Positions 1-12,664 of a DNA stretch of 64,000 nucleotides are shown here, piece after piece. The notes below the pieces were generated by a model that did no database searches, was not told where the DNA came from, and worked only from the letters and a program-made list of their open reading frames with translations. The position numbers and the translations under genes are program-made. Position 1 is the stretch's first letter; the number at the start of each line of letters is the position of its first letter. Source of the DNA: Fimbriosthenelais zetlandica (Eukaryota); contig OZ365113.1 of the NCBI GenBank assembly GCA_977030845.1, positions 13,392,001-13,456,000 on the forward strand, in the 5' to 3' direction.

Positions 1-4
1 GTAC

Positions 5-868
5 CTGACAAATTTATACTCGCCGACCAGATTAAACTGTTGACTAAAAGTTCCTTGTTTGACGACAGGTCCACTGTTAAAGCCGCCCGGTACAGAACGG
101 TACTGGTCGCCATCATGACTGACCTGGGTCACGTTAAAACCCTGACTGTCTGGTTCACTCCATTCCCAGCTGACCACCTAAAAGACAGTCATACTTTAAT
201 ACATTGTCCTTTTGTTAGAAAAGAAACTCAGAAAAATACTGAATATTTTTTTGAAATAAATTGGAGTTTGAATTAATTTATGTAGGATTTTTAGACTCAC
301 CTGGCCTTCACATATCTGTATATGCTGGAGGGAGAATCCTGTCTTATCAATCTTTACTGTAACTGAACTCTTTCTTCCTAAAAGGAGAAATATCAACAAC
401 ATATTCTCAATGTAATTTCATACACTTATCCCACAGTCAATTAGGCACTTATAATAAAACGATTTGGCACCATGTGAAAGAGGTTTAGAATTATTCTGCA
501 ATTTATTAATTTGAGACATATAAAGCATTATACATTAAGGGTCTTGCCTTTTACCAAATACAATTGACAATGTAATTGCCAGTCAAATTATGGGGGAAAT
601 TACATAAGGGTTATAAATCTATACAATGTCATGGCTTCATACCTAAAGCTGCTGCCCTCAATTTCCTCAGACCAGTGTTGTTAATACCAGGATTTTTAAA
701 GGCTGATTTCCATGTATTATTACTGGAGAGACTTGCTCGTCTAGAAGAGGGTCTACTGCCTGTAGGTGTGTTTCTACCAGAGCCATAGGTGCTAGGTGGG
801 CGGGCGGATTCTGGAGGGCGGATACTGCCCTCACCTGCTCCCTCCTCTACAGACGCCCCAGCTCCCAT
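5..868 (-). CDS. 5' part of an uncharacterized protein with N-myristoylation motif and a cupredoxin-like domain (runs off the window start)
   Basis: Phase-consistent GT-AG exons 868-643, 377-301, 177-5. Translation: MGAGASVEEG...RKSSVTVKIDKTGFSLQHIQICEGQVVSWEWSEPDSQGFNVTQV...GGFNSGPVVKQGTFSQQFNLVGEYKFV, a plastocyanin-like pattern. An in-frame stop lies upstream of ATG 868; that exon's acceptor is at 902. Confidence 0.8.
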
Positions 869-1753
869 AATGGAGGGGTGCTCTAACAAAAGTACTCAAA
901 CCTGAAAAAGAAAAACATTTTAATTTTAATTCATTTTAAAATAGTTTGGATACTGTATTTACAATGAGAGAAAATAAACCCGACCTCTACAAAAACATCT
1001 CACCAGCTAGCAAAAATATTATCCAGTTATTAAAAACTGAATTCAAATGAAATTCAATGACACCAATACATTGGAATGTCTCTGTCAATACTCAAACCCA
1101 ATATAGTAGGTACAAACTGGAAACACTTCGAGCCGGCCCGGTCTTGAGGAATATTTTCGTCTGTACCACTGTGTTGCCAGAAAACCTTTATAAGGCTTGT
1201 TGGAACAAGCGCCTGTGTCGTTATAGCTCTGCACACAGGTGTATAAGCGTGCTTTGAAATAAAAGCTCGAACCGTTTTGGATTCCGGTAAATCCTTAATT
1301 ATCATAAGTACCGGATTAATTTAAATCTACCGGTACATCAGGAAAAGCTAACAATAACATTCTTGATTATAATGACTATTAAGGTATTTCTTATTGTCCG
1401 TTAAATTGGAATATGTATGTCGTTCATCAGGGAAGTTTAAAAAATAAAGATGACGCAGTATTTTATCAATGAGGGAAGTTAAATAAAATTGACAACTTGA
1501 GATACATATATACTGGGATGGACCAGGAAGAAGAGATAACATACTCAATACTATAGCACATAAGATACGATATGATCTTTAGAACTGCGAACGCAATTTA
1601 AAACATTTTAACGGAACAAGATAGCGGCAGAAAAATGTAGTGTAAAAAACACAACATTAATAATATATGTGGAGTGATGGATTCATGGATGGATTCATGG
1701 AGCATTGGAGTAAGAATAAAGACACCGCCCTAACCTTCCTCCAGTATTGATAT

Positions 1754-1767
1754 GCTGCCATAGCAAC
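1754..1767. promoter_or_regulatory. RFX X-box-like motif
   Basis: GCTGCCATAGCAAC, 13/14 match to GTTGCCATAGCAAC, upstream of the first coding exon of the minus-strand gene. Confidence 0.45.
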
Positions 1768-2759
1768 CTGTTCAGGCACTTTCCCAGGGGACGAGGTTGA
1801 ATGGTTTGGTTCCCAAAGGGACGCTCCCCCTCCCCTTCCACCAGCCCCATTCCCTCTCGTTTAATGCATCACCTGGCTACCACTTACATCTGGGAGCAGG
1901 TGCGCACCTTACCTCGTTTTCAATAGATATAAGTGTCTAATCATAATGCCATAAAAATAAGTTTCTTACAATTATCTCCATCATATCACCTACATTCTAC
2001 TCTAATACCTAATACCTCCAATATAAATACACGCATGATTTTCAGGGGGATTTGATATACCTACATAAAGGCATTGGGAAAAGAATTTTTTTCCATTCAT
2101 TGTTTGCTATGAATCATCATTTTATCCAGGTGTGATGACATTTTACATAGGTCTATAGATAATGAGTTTTGACAGTAGGTACATGCGTCAGACTAAATCT
2201 AATTATTCACTATAAGGCAACTGGTAATACATGTATACAAAACGCAAAGCAATGGGTCATGTTTGTTATAACTGATGGACGGTAGACGAATACACAAAGA
2301 CATGAGACCATGGACTGGTCTGCGACTGGTCATTGTTGCGAATAACTGGGGTGTGAGGTGGCCCAGTACCCAGTCATGCATAAAGTATTAAGCATGCTAT
2401 AAGAAACCACCAGTCCATGTCACGGTTCAGTAGTTACATGCTGCTAGGGTCAATAACAAACATAAATACACACGATCCATGAATATATTGAAAGACTTCT
2501 GTTCTAACTTCTTTTCGACTCATGTTTGTAACATATATGGTTACCGAATGATTGTCCTTGTCCCTTAAGCTTTCAAAGATGTCACTATTATGTTGATGAT
2601 ATTTAATGTGGGGAACAGACGGAAATTAAATATTTATAGAGAACATAAATATAATATTATCCAGCCACTGTAATGTAATTATAGGGAAATTACAAATGGG
2701 ACTGTTTACATTATAACAGGTGGTTGTATTACATGTGGTTCTTTTGTCAAATATACCAA

Positions 2760-2937
2760 TCAATAATTCTTTGATTCTTTCAATTCTTTTTGCATGATAC
2801 GTAGCCTCTCATCACTGTCATACTGGGATGGGTATGAGAAAAGGTTCATGACTAAATCAATATACACGAACTCCCTGGCATAAGCCATAACAGCATCGGA
2901 CCTAGGGTGCTGCTGGCAACTAAGAGTCTTGACAAAT
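2760..2937 (-). other. Possible orphan terminal coding exon
   Basis: 58 open codons after a CAG acceptor (FVKTLSCQQHPRSDAVMAYAREFVYIDLVMNLFSYPSQYDSDERLRIMQKELKESKNY*). Upstream exons could not be chained unambiguously. Confidence 0.25.
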
Positions 2938-4066
2938 CTGCAGGTTACCGGTTATTGAATCTAATTGTTCAGTTACCATGACACCTGTTGATAAACAGAA
3001 CCATGATGTTCAGAGACAAATCAATATGTGGACAACATGAGTGTACACACCCAATTCTCAACATATAGTATATGTCTAACGGGAAAATAGTAGGCATCTG
3101 TGAAGAAATAAGGAATTTTACACAAAAGCCAAATAAATGGCACGATGCCGATAAGTCATACTGCATACTACATGCCAATCAAACATCATTCAAAATTTCT
3201 GAGCAAATTTATAGATTCCGGACAAGATTATAAACTAAACTTATGCTACCCTATTGGACTTGGGCCCTTGATTGACTTGATTGGCCTATGACTATGACAT
3301 GAATGATGGTGAAGGCATCAAGTGGTGGATTTCGATTTGCTGTTGAATATTCAATATACATCATAAAACCAACATTTCCTACTAAAAATATTTTGGGGTT
3401 TAATACATTTCAAGCTAAAATAAAGCTATTGACTGAACATGCAACAAGACAGAACAAATAGTCAATATATTATGCCCACCATTTAAACTGCTAGTTTTTA
3501 TTTAACACATAGACCTAATTGAGAAGAGGGGTGTGCCCTGCCCCTTTTACGTTCAGATGGCTTGGGGGGAAATATTATATAACAAACAAATACAAATTAA
3601 TTTATTAGTAGTAGTATCAATTATTTTAACAAACTTACCGTTACGGTAGGCCTATGTGGTTTTGTTAGTAACAGTATATCACAGTTTTATGATATCCAAA
3701 CCGCAAAAAAAACGGAAGCTGTGAACAGAACCAAATATTTACAACAGCTTTGGTTCACTCGGGGATCCCACACTCAAGCTCCGGCCTGCCGCAACATGCC
3801 CAGCCAGACTCCGACGGCCACCTTCGTACTCGTAGGTGAGGACCAGTGAGTGGAGCCATTTAGTTTACAAGCAAAACTATCTAGTCAATTTCCGCCGTAT
3901 CAAACGCATTTTACATGGAAACATGGAGGAAAGACTCTTTATGGAAGTATTTTGTTTCTTACCTTGTATGTGAAGCTACTCGTAATCAAAGTATCCTGTG
4001 ATTTTGCTTTAGGATTGCCATACATTCGCCCACGTTTTCCGCCAATGTTTAGCTCTCGTTGTCAGG

Positions 4067-4194
4067 GGGGAACCCCGTCACGTGATAGCAGGTGCCCGTG
4101 ACGTCATAACGGGAAACCCCCTTCCTGTCTGCTGGTTCTAAAAACTTCCCCAAGAACTTTCCAACTTGTTTCGCCAACTCATTGGAAAAGTCCC
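4067..4194 (+). promoter_or_regulatory. Putative promoter of the SH2 gene: kappaB-like sites, E-box, CRE
   Basis: GGGGAACCCC 4067-4076, CACGTG 4079-4084, TGACGTCA 4099-4106, GGGAAACCCC 4111-4120, GGAAAAGTCCC 4184-4194, then a GTAAGT donor at about 4218. Confidence 0.55.
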
Positions 4195-4647
4195 ATTTCT
4201 GCAATTTGATTGCCAGAGTAAGTATTAATAACTGTTCCTAGAGTTCTCCAGTTCATTGAGATCGTAAAATAAGTTATAAGTAAACACGGATTCTTTGGCC
4301 AAGTTTGAACATGAAGTTGAGATATTGAGGAAGTGATCAAAACAAAAATTACAATTTACCTTATACTGTTATAGATCCTTGTACTAGTTGTAGGCTTGAC
4401 TGACAACTTTAGTGAGTTATTTATTGTCACGGCTTGATAGATTGTCTATGTCATTCTGTATAATAGGTTATAATATATATTTGTTCTTGGAATATCTCGT
4501 ACATTTTCACCATTCTAAATCGTATTCATGTACCTCATGATTTTCAGGAAGTATTGAGATTTGTACATCAGTCATCAGCACTAGAATCGCAGTGAAACTA
4601 AAGAGTCATAGAACCAGTTCTATGTAAAGAGCCGAGCAAGAATAAAA

Positions 4648-6001
4648 ATGGCGAATAACGAGCACCTCACGCCACCTGGAGTTTCAGAATTGCCCTACTT
4701 CGTCCCAAATTTCACATCTATGGATGAGGTAAATATAATCCATAATTGATTCCGTACCGAAAAAGGCTTGGAGAAATTAATACACAACTGTTATTTGATT
4801 CCGAGAAATTCTGAAAATGGATTTTAATGTCTCTTCTATCCATATAAATAGATCTAATGTATGTTTTTTTTTATCATTTTTTAACGCAGGTTGTGAGATA
4901 CTTGAAGCCTTACATTGAAATAGATGGAGCGTTCATTATCAGGAATAGTACCCGTAAGGACAGTATCACAGTATCAGTCTGGTAAGTTTCTAATCCATTA
5001 TGTCTATGATTATTATATTATTTAAAATCTAGCACAACACTTATACCTGTAAAATATCCATCTCTATGTCCTGATCTGGATTTTAATGTTTATTTATAAC
5101 CTAATGTTAAATTACTTTTATTTCCAGTCACCAAAGAGGCGTTAAACACATTTCTCTCCAGAAGAAGAGGAAAAAATATTGCCTTTCAGAGCGCCGTCTC
5201 TTCGACAGTATCCCAGAATTAGTTGATCATTATAAATCTAATGATGTGCCAAATAAGGAAAGTGTGTCAGGTCTCAGGCTTGAAGTTCCAATAACAAACG
5301 GCTTTGAAAATGAATATGAAAATGTACGAGTGAGTCCCACGTATATTAACCGTTCACCAGGAATGGACCAAGTTGATGGCATGAGAGAGTTAACTCTGAA
5401 CTCACCGGATTTTAACCCATCAACCAGCCTACCTAGAAGATCAGTTGGGTCTCCACAAGAGCATGCCAGAACAAGACCTATCCTCAATGGTGCTCAGCGG
5501 ACTGTACTCCCAGGGTTTCCAATTCAGAGCCCTGCCCCATCATCAAACAAATCCCCATCACCCAGAGCCTGGATCAGCTCAAATGAAGATTTCCCATCCC
5601 CACCCAGCACCAACGAGTTGATGGCACTGAGGCCTCCCCCACCCCCTCCAAGCTTCATTCAGGCTCTCCAAGACGAAATAGAGGAGATCAGACAAGCCCC
5701 TCTTTATGCTGAACGCCCGTACTCAATTGCCAGAGATGTTAATATGGATCTAAGCCAGCATCTAATTGACCAACTTAAATCCAAGGAGAGATGTGAATGT
5801 GGCTTATACATGCATGACGCCCAGTTACCTTTGGATTGGACTGTACATCGAGTACAGGATAGAAAACCTAACACCCCTCCCCTTTTCTACGTCTCTCCTG
5901 AAAGGAAATCCGAGTGGAATCTACCACAGGAAGTCAAAGCTTTGCTCAGTGTTGCACAAAAAATATTTTTGCAACAACTTGGTGGACCAAAAATCCCATA
6001 G
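4648..6001 (+). CDS. SH2-domain adaptor protein with Pro-rich linker and C-terminal WW-like domain (348 aa)
   Basis: Exons 4648-4728, 4890-4981, 5128-6001 with consistent phases. SH2 hallmarks DGAFIIRNS and FDSIPELVDHY. C-terminal LPLDW...LFYV...SEWNLP. Confidence 0.85.
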
Positions 6002-7079
6002 ATGAAACAAAACCTCACATTATTTGTAAGAAAATACTATCTTGCCATTAGATTTCCTCGTGTCTATTTGTAAATAACGGTGCTTATGTTGTGATGCGTT
6101 TACATGATAAAAGTTGCATCTATTGATTCCACAAGTGATAATTTTGCAGCATTCCTCACAAAAATATACGGTCGTCATTATTCATGGCAAAACAGAAGAT
6201 GTAACTAGATTCATCTACCGTATATTTAAGAAAATATTTTAGTTGTATACGGATATTATATACATGTATAGGATAACACTTTTTGATGTAAAGTAACTTG
6301 TATGTGTGTCATGCATTGTGGCTAAAATGTAATATATCCAACAGATCAATTGTTCATGAAAATTTATGATCACCAATGCACCACTTAATACAATAAATTA
6401 CCCATAATTAATTAATTTATTGATTCACTAAACTAATTTGTATGTATGGTACCCACTACCCCGTTTCCAAAAGGTGTACTGGTACGTTTAATATTTACAA
6501 AAGTATAGTTTTCGTCATAACGCGTTACCAAGTAAATGAAAATTATAAATAAAAATTATATACAGATCTTGCGTTTGTTTAGCTGGTACTATTCACGGAT
6601 AGGTTTTAAGGCAAACTTGTAAAAATGTGTTCGCATTTTATGTCCAAATGTATAAATGTTAATATCCAATACGCCATATTGTCTCCTGAGAGGTGCTATC
6701 ATCCTATATGTGATTGGTTTTAGCAGATCGAGTTATGGTTTTATTTTCTGGATGTTGAGGTGCGTTTTATGGCGTGTAGGAAGGGCCATGTTTTGGCAGA
6801 AATAATTATTCCTAACCTCAAAAGTTATTTTCATATACATGACATGTTCTATACATGTATAGAAAGGATTCGTTGACGAATACTTGCGATTCTAATTATC
6901 TCAGTTATTTTGGAGTACCGGTAGTTTTCTCGGGGGTAGGGGTCTCCTGAAACATGTCGAATATAGACATTTTTATTGTGACTTATTCTAAAGTTATATT
7001 TTTATCTCATTCCAAGTACATGTATATTTTGTATCGCATGACGATTAAGCAATGGGTGGGGCTTTTCCCCGTCGCTACG

Positions 7080-9850
7080 TAACTTGGCCTTGTATTTTGC
7101 ACAATAAAGTGGTTAAATATTGCTGACAAGATCATGTCCGAGTTCCTCTGCTTCATCTTTGATAAATAGGCTGGAGATTATTTCCTGTCCAAAGTAAATG
7201 GATGTGCTCACACAAAGGGCGTGTTCTGGTCCGATTGAAATATTTAATGCCATCCACGTAGCCGGTGATAATACGACCTCAATATAGCACAAATCAAGTA
7301 TAATAACCCAACATAGCTTTTCAATTGTTGATTATTGAATTCTCCATATTTTAAGAAAGGTAGACTGCAATTAAAGATAAACTCCCTTGTTTTTTTTATT
7401 ACCCAATACTTTTTTAACATCCCAGTAACAAAGTATAAAATCTCGAGATCGTCTTTTCATGCCATACTAAAATAATTAACTTTAGGCCTTTTAGCACCAC
7501 GAATGTCATATTGGCCATCACTAAGTAGTATCACAGATAACTGAATGTCAATGTCCTTTCGTAAATATAAAAATAAATTCAGCATAAACGTGTCAAGCTG
7601 CTCTTCCAAAAATTGATAAATGTAAAAATTCCTCGGGCATAATATACTCCCATTTAGTTTCTTTCCGAATTTCTAAAAGTGTATAATATTAAAAAATAAA
7701 TTTAGGTTTTGATCACAAATCTAAATTCACATCAGTTGAAAAAATGATGAGCCACGTGCATGCACTTCCAGTGGCGATGTCCTATTAAACGCGAACACTC
7801 ATAGACCTCGGCTTTTACTGAGAAACGAGGACATTTTTTAAAGATTTCATGTCCCAAGATAGGATAGCGTATTTCTTGCAAGTCCATAGGAAGCACTCAC
7901 AAAGTAAGATAGGTTTTCATTTCAGGCATTAGATGCCGAGTTAATACTGTATATATCACATTTGGTTTTAAGCACTCTGTAATTTCACTGTCACGAACCT
8001 GCATGAACAGCCGTTTCTTCCTTTAAATGATTTAATGTATATGCACGCATTTGTCTCGGCCTGGGTAATGAGGTGATTGTTAATGCCAAGGTTAATGGCC
8101 GCAGGATTATACTCATTTCTCGGCCGTCTCCAATAAAGGACCACCACGTTCCATCTGAACAGCATCTATGGCCACTAAAGAATTCCCACATCGGCCACAA
8201 TATCAGTTATCATCAATATTGTCGCTGTAAAAACTTAAGACAATTTATTCCACATCCGCGATTCTTCCGGCAAGATGTCATATTAGCACTTTTGGAGGTT
8301 TTCACTATTTGGCAGAATTCGGAAATAAATTATAGACACTAGCACACTTCAGAGACACAAGGTGTACATACAACACTTTCATCCGGCAGCATACACACAT
8401 TATATCACAGCAGCTTGGAGACCCATCATTTCTAAGACTGGAGACGATCCCATCCGTGGCATTGATACTGTTGGAATGAAACTTCCATGTTAATGGCTCC
8501 AGCTTTTTTAAACAAGGAAAGGCTTTACACATTTACTTAACACACAAAACGGGTGAGCAGAGAGCACCAGCACAACTTTCATCCTTTAAACAGAATGGCA
8601 GTCAGGGTGGACTCTTTAACCGCTCATCAGATCCAGCACAATTTGGTGATGGTTTTCCCAACGCAGCATTTTTCCAGTGCACTTTACATTGGCCTTTTGC
8701 ACATGGCTCCAGTTAATACAAGAGCAAACCGGGCAAGTGAGATGGGCCCAGGTAAAACTTATATGACACAGAAGATGACAATCATAGGAGATCCCGAGTT
8801 CCATGGTTTCGTCAGGTGATGGCAATGTGTACACATGTACCAACAAGGTGTTCCACAGCACATGTGGTTACCCTTACCGGCACTTGATGATAATTCATAA
8901 AGGATCAAGATCCTTTTATGAGAAGCTGGTCAATGGACGGTTGGAAGATGCAACCACACTTTTTGTTGGTTCACTGCAGGAGCAACACAGAATTCGACCA
9001 GAATTCCATCAGTGATGCCTACCACGGCTGATGATATGGCACAGGAATAAAATCATTTCTGAGTAGACAATGCAACAAAACAAGATAAGCACCAATCTCT
9101 TAACAAATACAGTTGTCATGTTTCCTTTTTCCGCGAGATCTCTGAAGCACTATTGATGGTTGATGATCCGATTCAGGTTGCCGATTATTTTTTTCCACGG
9201 ACCATGTCAGGTAGTGGACAGAAAATACAGTAACTGGTTGTCAATAGTTTAAGTAAAACAAAAGTGTGCGTCATATATATTTTGAGTCGCTCCTAAAACA
9301 TTTCCTCAAGGGACACATAAATTCCAATAGTAACCAAACTATTCATTTAGAACAAATTTTGAAACAACGGGGACATATGGACTCCAGGGACACTGTAGTC
9401 AATATGTGTAGTCAACATCCAGATATTCAGCATGTTTCGAGATGGTGTTGCAATTAGCAACAAAATAGCACAAAATCAATGCAATTTCAGGTGGAAGTGT
9501 TTCCACAGCACTTTTTATCACTTTTCAGGGACTTGGTCAAATTTAAGTGATCCCATTTTTTTCTCAGCTTGACACCCCGGGTGTTCACTCTGGGGTGTTG
9601 CATGACAAACTGCATCACTTTGAATTATCTCCCTTTAGTTCAGCATTCCTGCGACGATAGATGGACACAGAACACCACAACAAGGACAAGTTTGATTTGG
9701 AGCGATCATCTTTTGAACAACATCGGAGTTCATTCAATGGGATCCGCCAATATCACTGGCATCAGTGTTATTTTCACAGGTCTACAAATACATTATAATT
9801 TGTCACAAAAAGATCACATGGCGTATATGTTCCAGAGCTTAGCCTTATAA
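7080..9850 (-). pseudogene. Decayed, apparently intronless ORF remnants with a superfamily-1 helicase-like core (core about 7933-8680)
   Basis: Collinear degenerate motifs: G-K-C-C-V-GKT (GKT 8659-8651; needs a 1-nt slip in an A run), YNVCMLPDES (DE 8383-8378, same frame as GKT), FISEFCQ, IKSFKG (about 8030), NVIYTVLTRH (VIYTVLTRH 7959-7933). Many stops and frameshifts; outer limits are approximate. Confidence 0.45.
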
Positions 9851-12499
9851 GACTGGACGCGAGGATAGCGAGCAACAATAATTGAAGGTTATAGATTACA
9901 AATACATAAGCCAACATTTCAAATGTTATGCTACAGAACTTCGTCTAGCATATTACCAAGAAGCTCTACTCACACGCTACCTAATATAAAATCAATTCAC
10001 ACTAGACAACATTATGTGATTATTCCATTTTAGCCCTGCTTAACTGTCTTAACATATGGCTAACAAACTACCATCAGTGATTAGGATGAAGTGCACATAT
10101 CGGTTTACATGTACACGAAGCTGAGTATACATACATCCAGTGACATACATATGGCTATACAAAGTTTCTTGGGGACTAGTAGTAAGGAGCTTCAGGAAAG
10201 TTGTTTGATAAAGTGAATAGGAACATGAAGGATATTAATAGTGAACCTAACTGAATGCTCGATCAGTATGGGTCAATACTTCACACTAGGCTCTTTCCCT
10301 CTTCAACAGAACGAAGCCCGAATTAATCATCTCTGATTTAAGAGATCAGATATTTAGTTGTATAGACAGATTTCATCAGTATTTGCACCGTAAAACACAT
10401 TAACATTAACATATTACTAGCATAAAGACATCAAGATCACACTCGCACCGATTTACCATTATACACTTCTCATAATTTAGGCTTTTATATCTATTTAAAC
10501 CATTAATAGCCAGGCACGAGCAACTAACCAGAAATACTTTACAATTACCTTCAACAAGATATGAATTGAAACTTCATCGCCCATTTTCATGTCAACAAAA
10601 GTTTGTTTAACCAACTTAATTATAATAAATCCACTTTGTTCGTTAATGATTTGCGCCACAATTCGTTGCTAGGTCGTGATACATTAATAACTGTTAAACG
10701 AATTGTGATTTAACATAAATGACCATGCTAGCAATTAATGCTATTTTTATGACGACATTGACATTTAACACATGGTTAACCATCATATCAAAGGTATGCC
10801 AGATATAGATCTTTTAAAAACAAAACGGAATATATCCTATTATACATATAACTGAAAAATAGTTCATGGTTCTCCATACTTTCAAAAAACATCAAGCCTA
10901 TCGTTACTCCCAAACTTATTCGATCTATTTTCACAGTAACTTGAAAATTGATTGGCTTCACAAGAGCATATTTTAGCGAAATATGAGTTGAATTTGGTTT
11001 TGAGTTGAATTTGGATCATCAAATTCCATATACAATTTGCTGCCTACAGATAAAGATAAAATGAACACAGGAAAATATGTTGTGTCTTCTCTGAAAAAGA
11101 GTATACAACTACAAACATAGGTAATATTAATACTGTCTGTGAAATGGTCATTTCCATATGGTACAAATTTCATTGACCAACGGTGAATATATAACTGTTA
11201 CTCGGTGGTTCATAATGCTGGAATCTGATATCCTGAACTGTGCTGTAGTGGCAGGTAGCGAGGTTGAGGTTTAGTATTGGAGCAGTGACCGACATCTTTC
11301 ATGGACAAATCAGTTTTCCTCTAGAAACATAAGCGTTCAAGCGTTCAGCATATATGAAGAATCTCAGAGTGTGTAATCAGAAGGTAATACATACGGTGTT
11401 AAAAATTGCAAGTTTACACCAACCAACTAAATTAAACAGTTCAAGAATGGGATTTCTAAATTTTCTTCGGCTATCTTTCTCCATAACAAGTGATATTGAA
11501 TAAATTAAACCACAGAAATATCCACGAATAATTTGTCCTGACAAAATAATTTTTCACTACATGTACCACTAACAGAATCAAATAGTTTTCACTACAACAG
11601 TCACAAAACACAATACATTTACAGTGTACGTACAAAAGCACTTCCTAACCTTTTAAATGGAACACTCCGGAGCATTTAATACGGTTGTATCTAGATGAAA
11701 TAAACTGAGAGAGGAGAGCCAGGTAGTATGTTGAAGAGGAAGGTGTTGGGCGTGTGTCAATCATCTTGGTGCTGTATGTAGGGGTGGTAAACTAACCGGT
11801 GACAGAGGTGTTGTAATCATGTGATTGTCCTTATGGTTTTTATGGATTAGATGCCTGCATCTTCCTCGCTTGGATCCCAGGTTTATTTCATAGAGTCCGG
11901 ACACGAGAAACTGAACCAACACTTCTATGGTGTCTACGTTGTCACGCCCTACTTTGTCCCCACAAACAGTACTTTATAAATTCCTCATACCAATCAGCAC
12001 ATACTGGAGACTAGAATTATGCAATAATTAATTACTTCATCCCTTCTTACTAGAATTGTGTAAAAATCAGATAATTCAACCAACAGGAATATAGGTTAGA
12101 ATTAACATTGACATTACTATCTCCAGATTAAAACGCCATGTATGACACAATGTAACTTAACTAGCCACAACCAGACAATTCATACCCCAGTGTTAAGTAA
12201 TTATATAATGTATCTCTATCATTGAGTATCACTACACACAATATTTGCCCCGCCCTAAACATTAATAATTATAATTTAAGACTGTATAAAAATAAGCACA
12301 TATTCCATTTCCCCCCTTGTTTCTATTCTCAGGAAATTTTGTGAAAACTTTCTAAGATTATGCTTATCTATTATTTCTCTTACACTATGTATAGCAGAAC
12401 AATGTGATACTCTCAAATTCTAAGCAAAGATTGCCTTCGCATAACTGCACTTCAGAATAAAATGTACTTCATTTGTAAAACAATTTTAAAACGTAATGG

Positions 12500-12543
12500 T
12501 TTGCTAATCGTACCACTATAATTTGCTAATCGTACCACTATAA
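12500..12543. repeat. 22-bp exact tandem duplication
   Basis: TTTGCTAATCGTACCACTATAA x2. Confidence 0.9.
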
Positions 12544-12664
12544 TTCATAATAGTTTAAATCTGAGTTTAACATAAATTATCTAAGTAAAAGACCTAGTGT
12601 ACCAATCTGAAATGATTATTCATTTTTAACATTCATAAAGGCTTCTTGATTTTCTTCTTAATTT

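Noticed and set aside
3796-3835. Plus-strand ATG exon MPSQTPTATFVLV|GTGAG as an alternative first exon of the SH2 gene
   Set aside because: Ends in phase 1 while SH2 exon 2 starts in phase 0; no compatible intermediate exon found.
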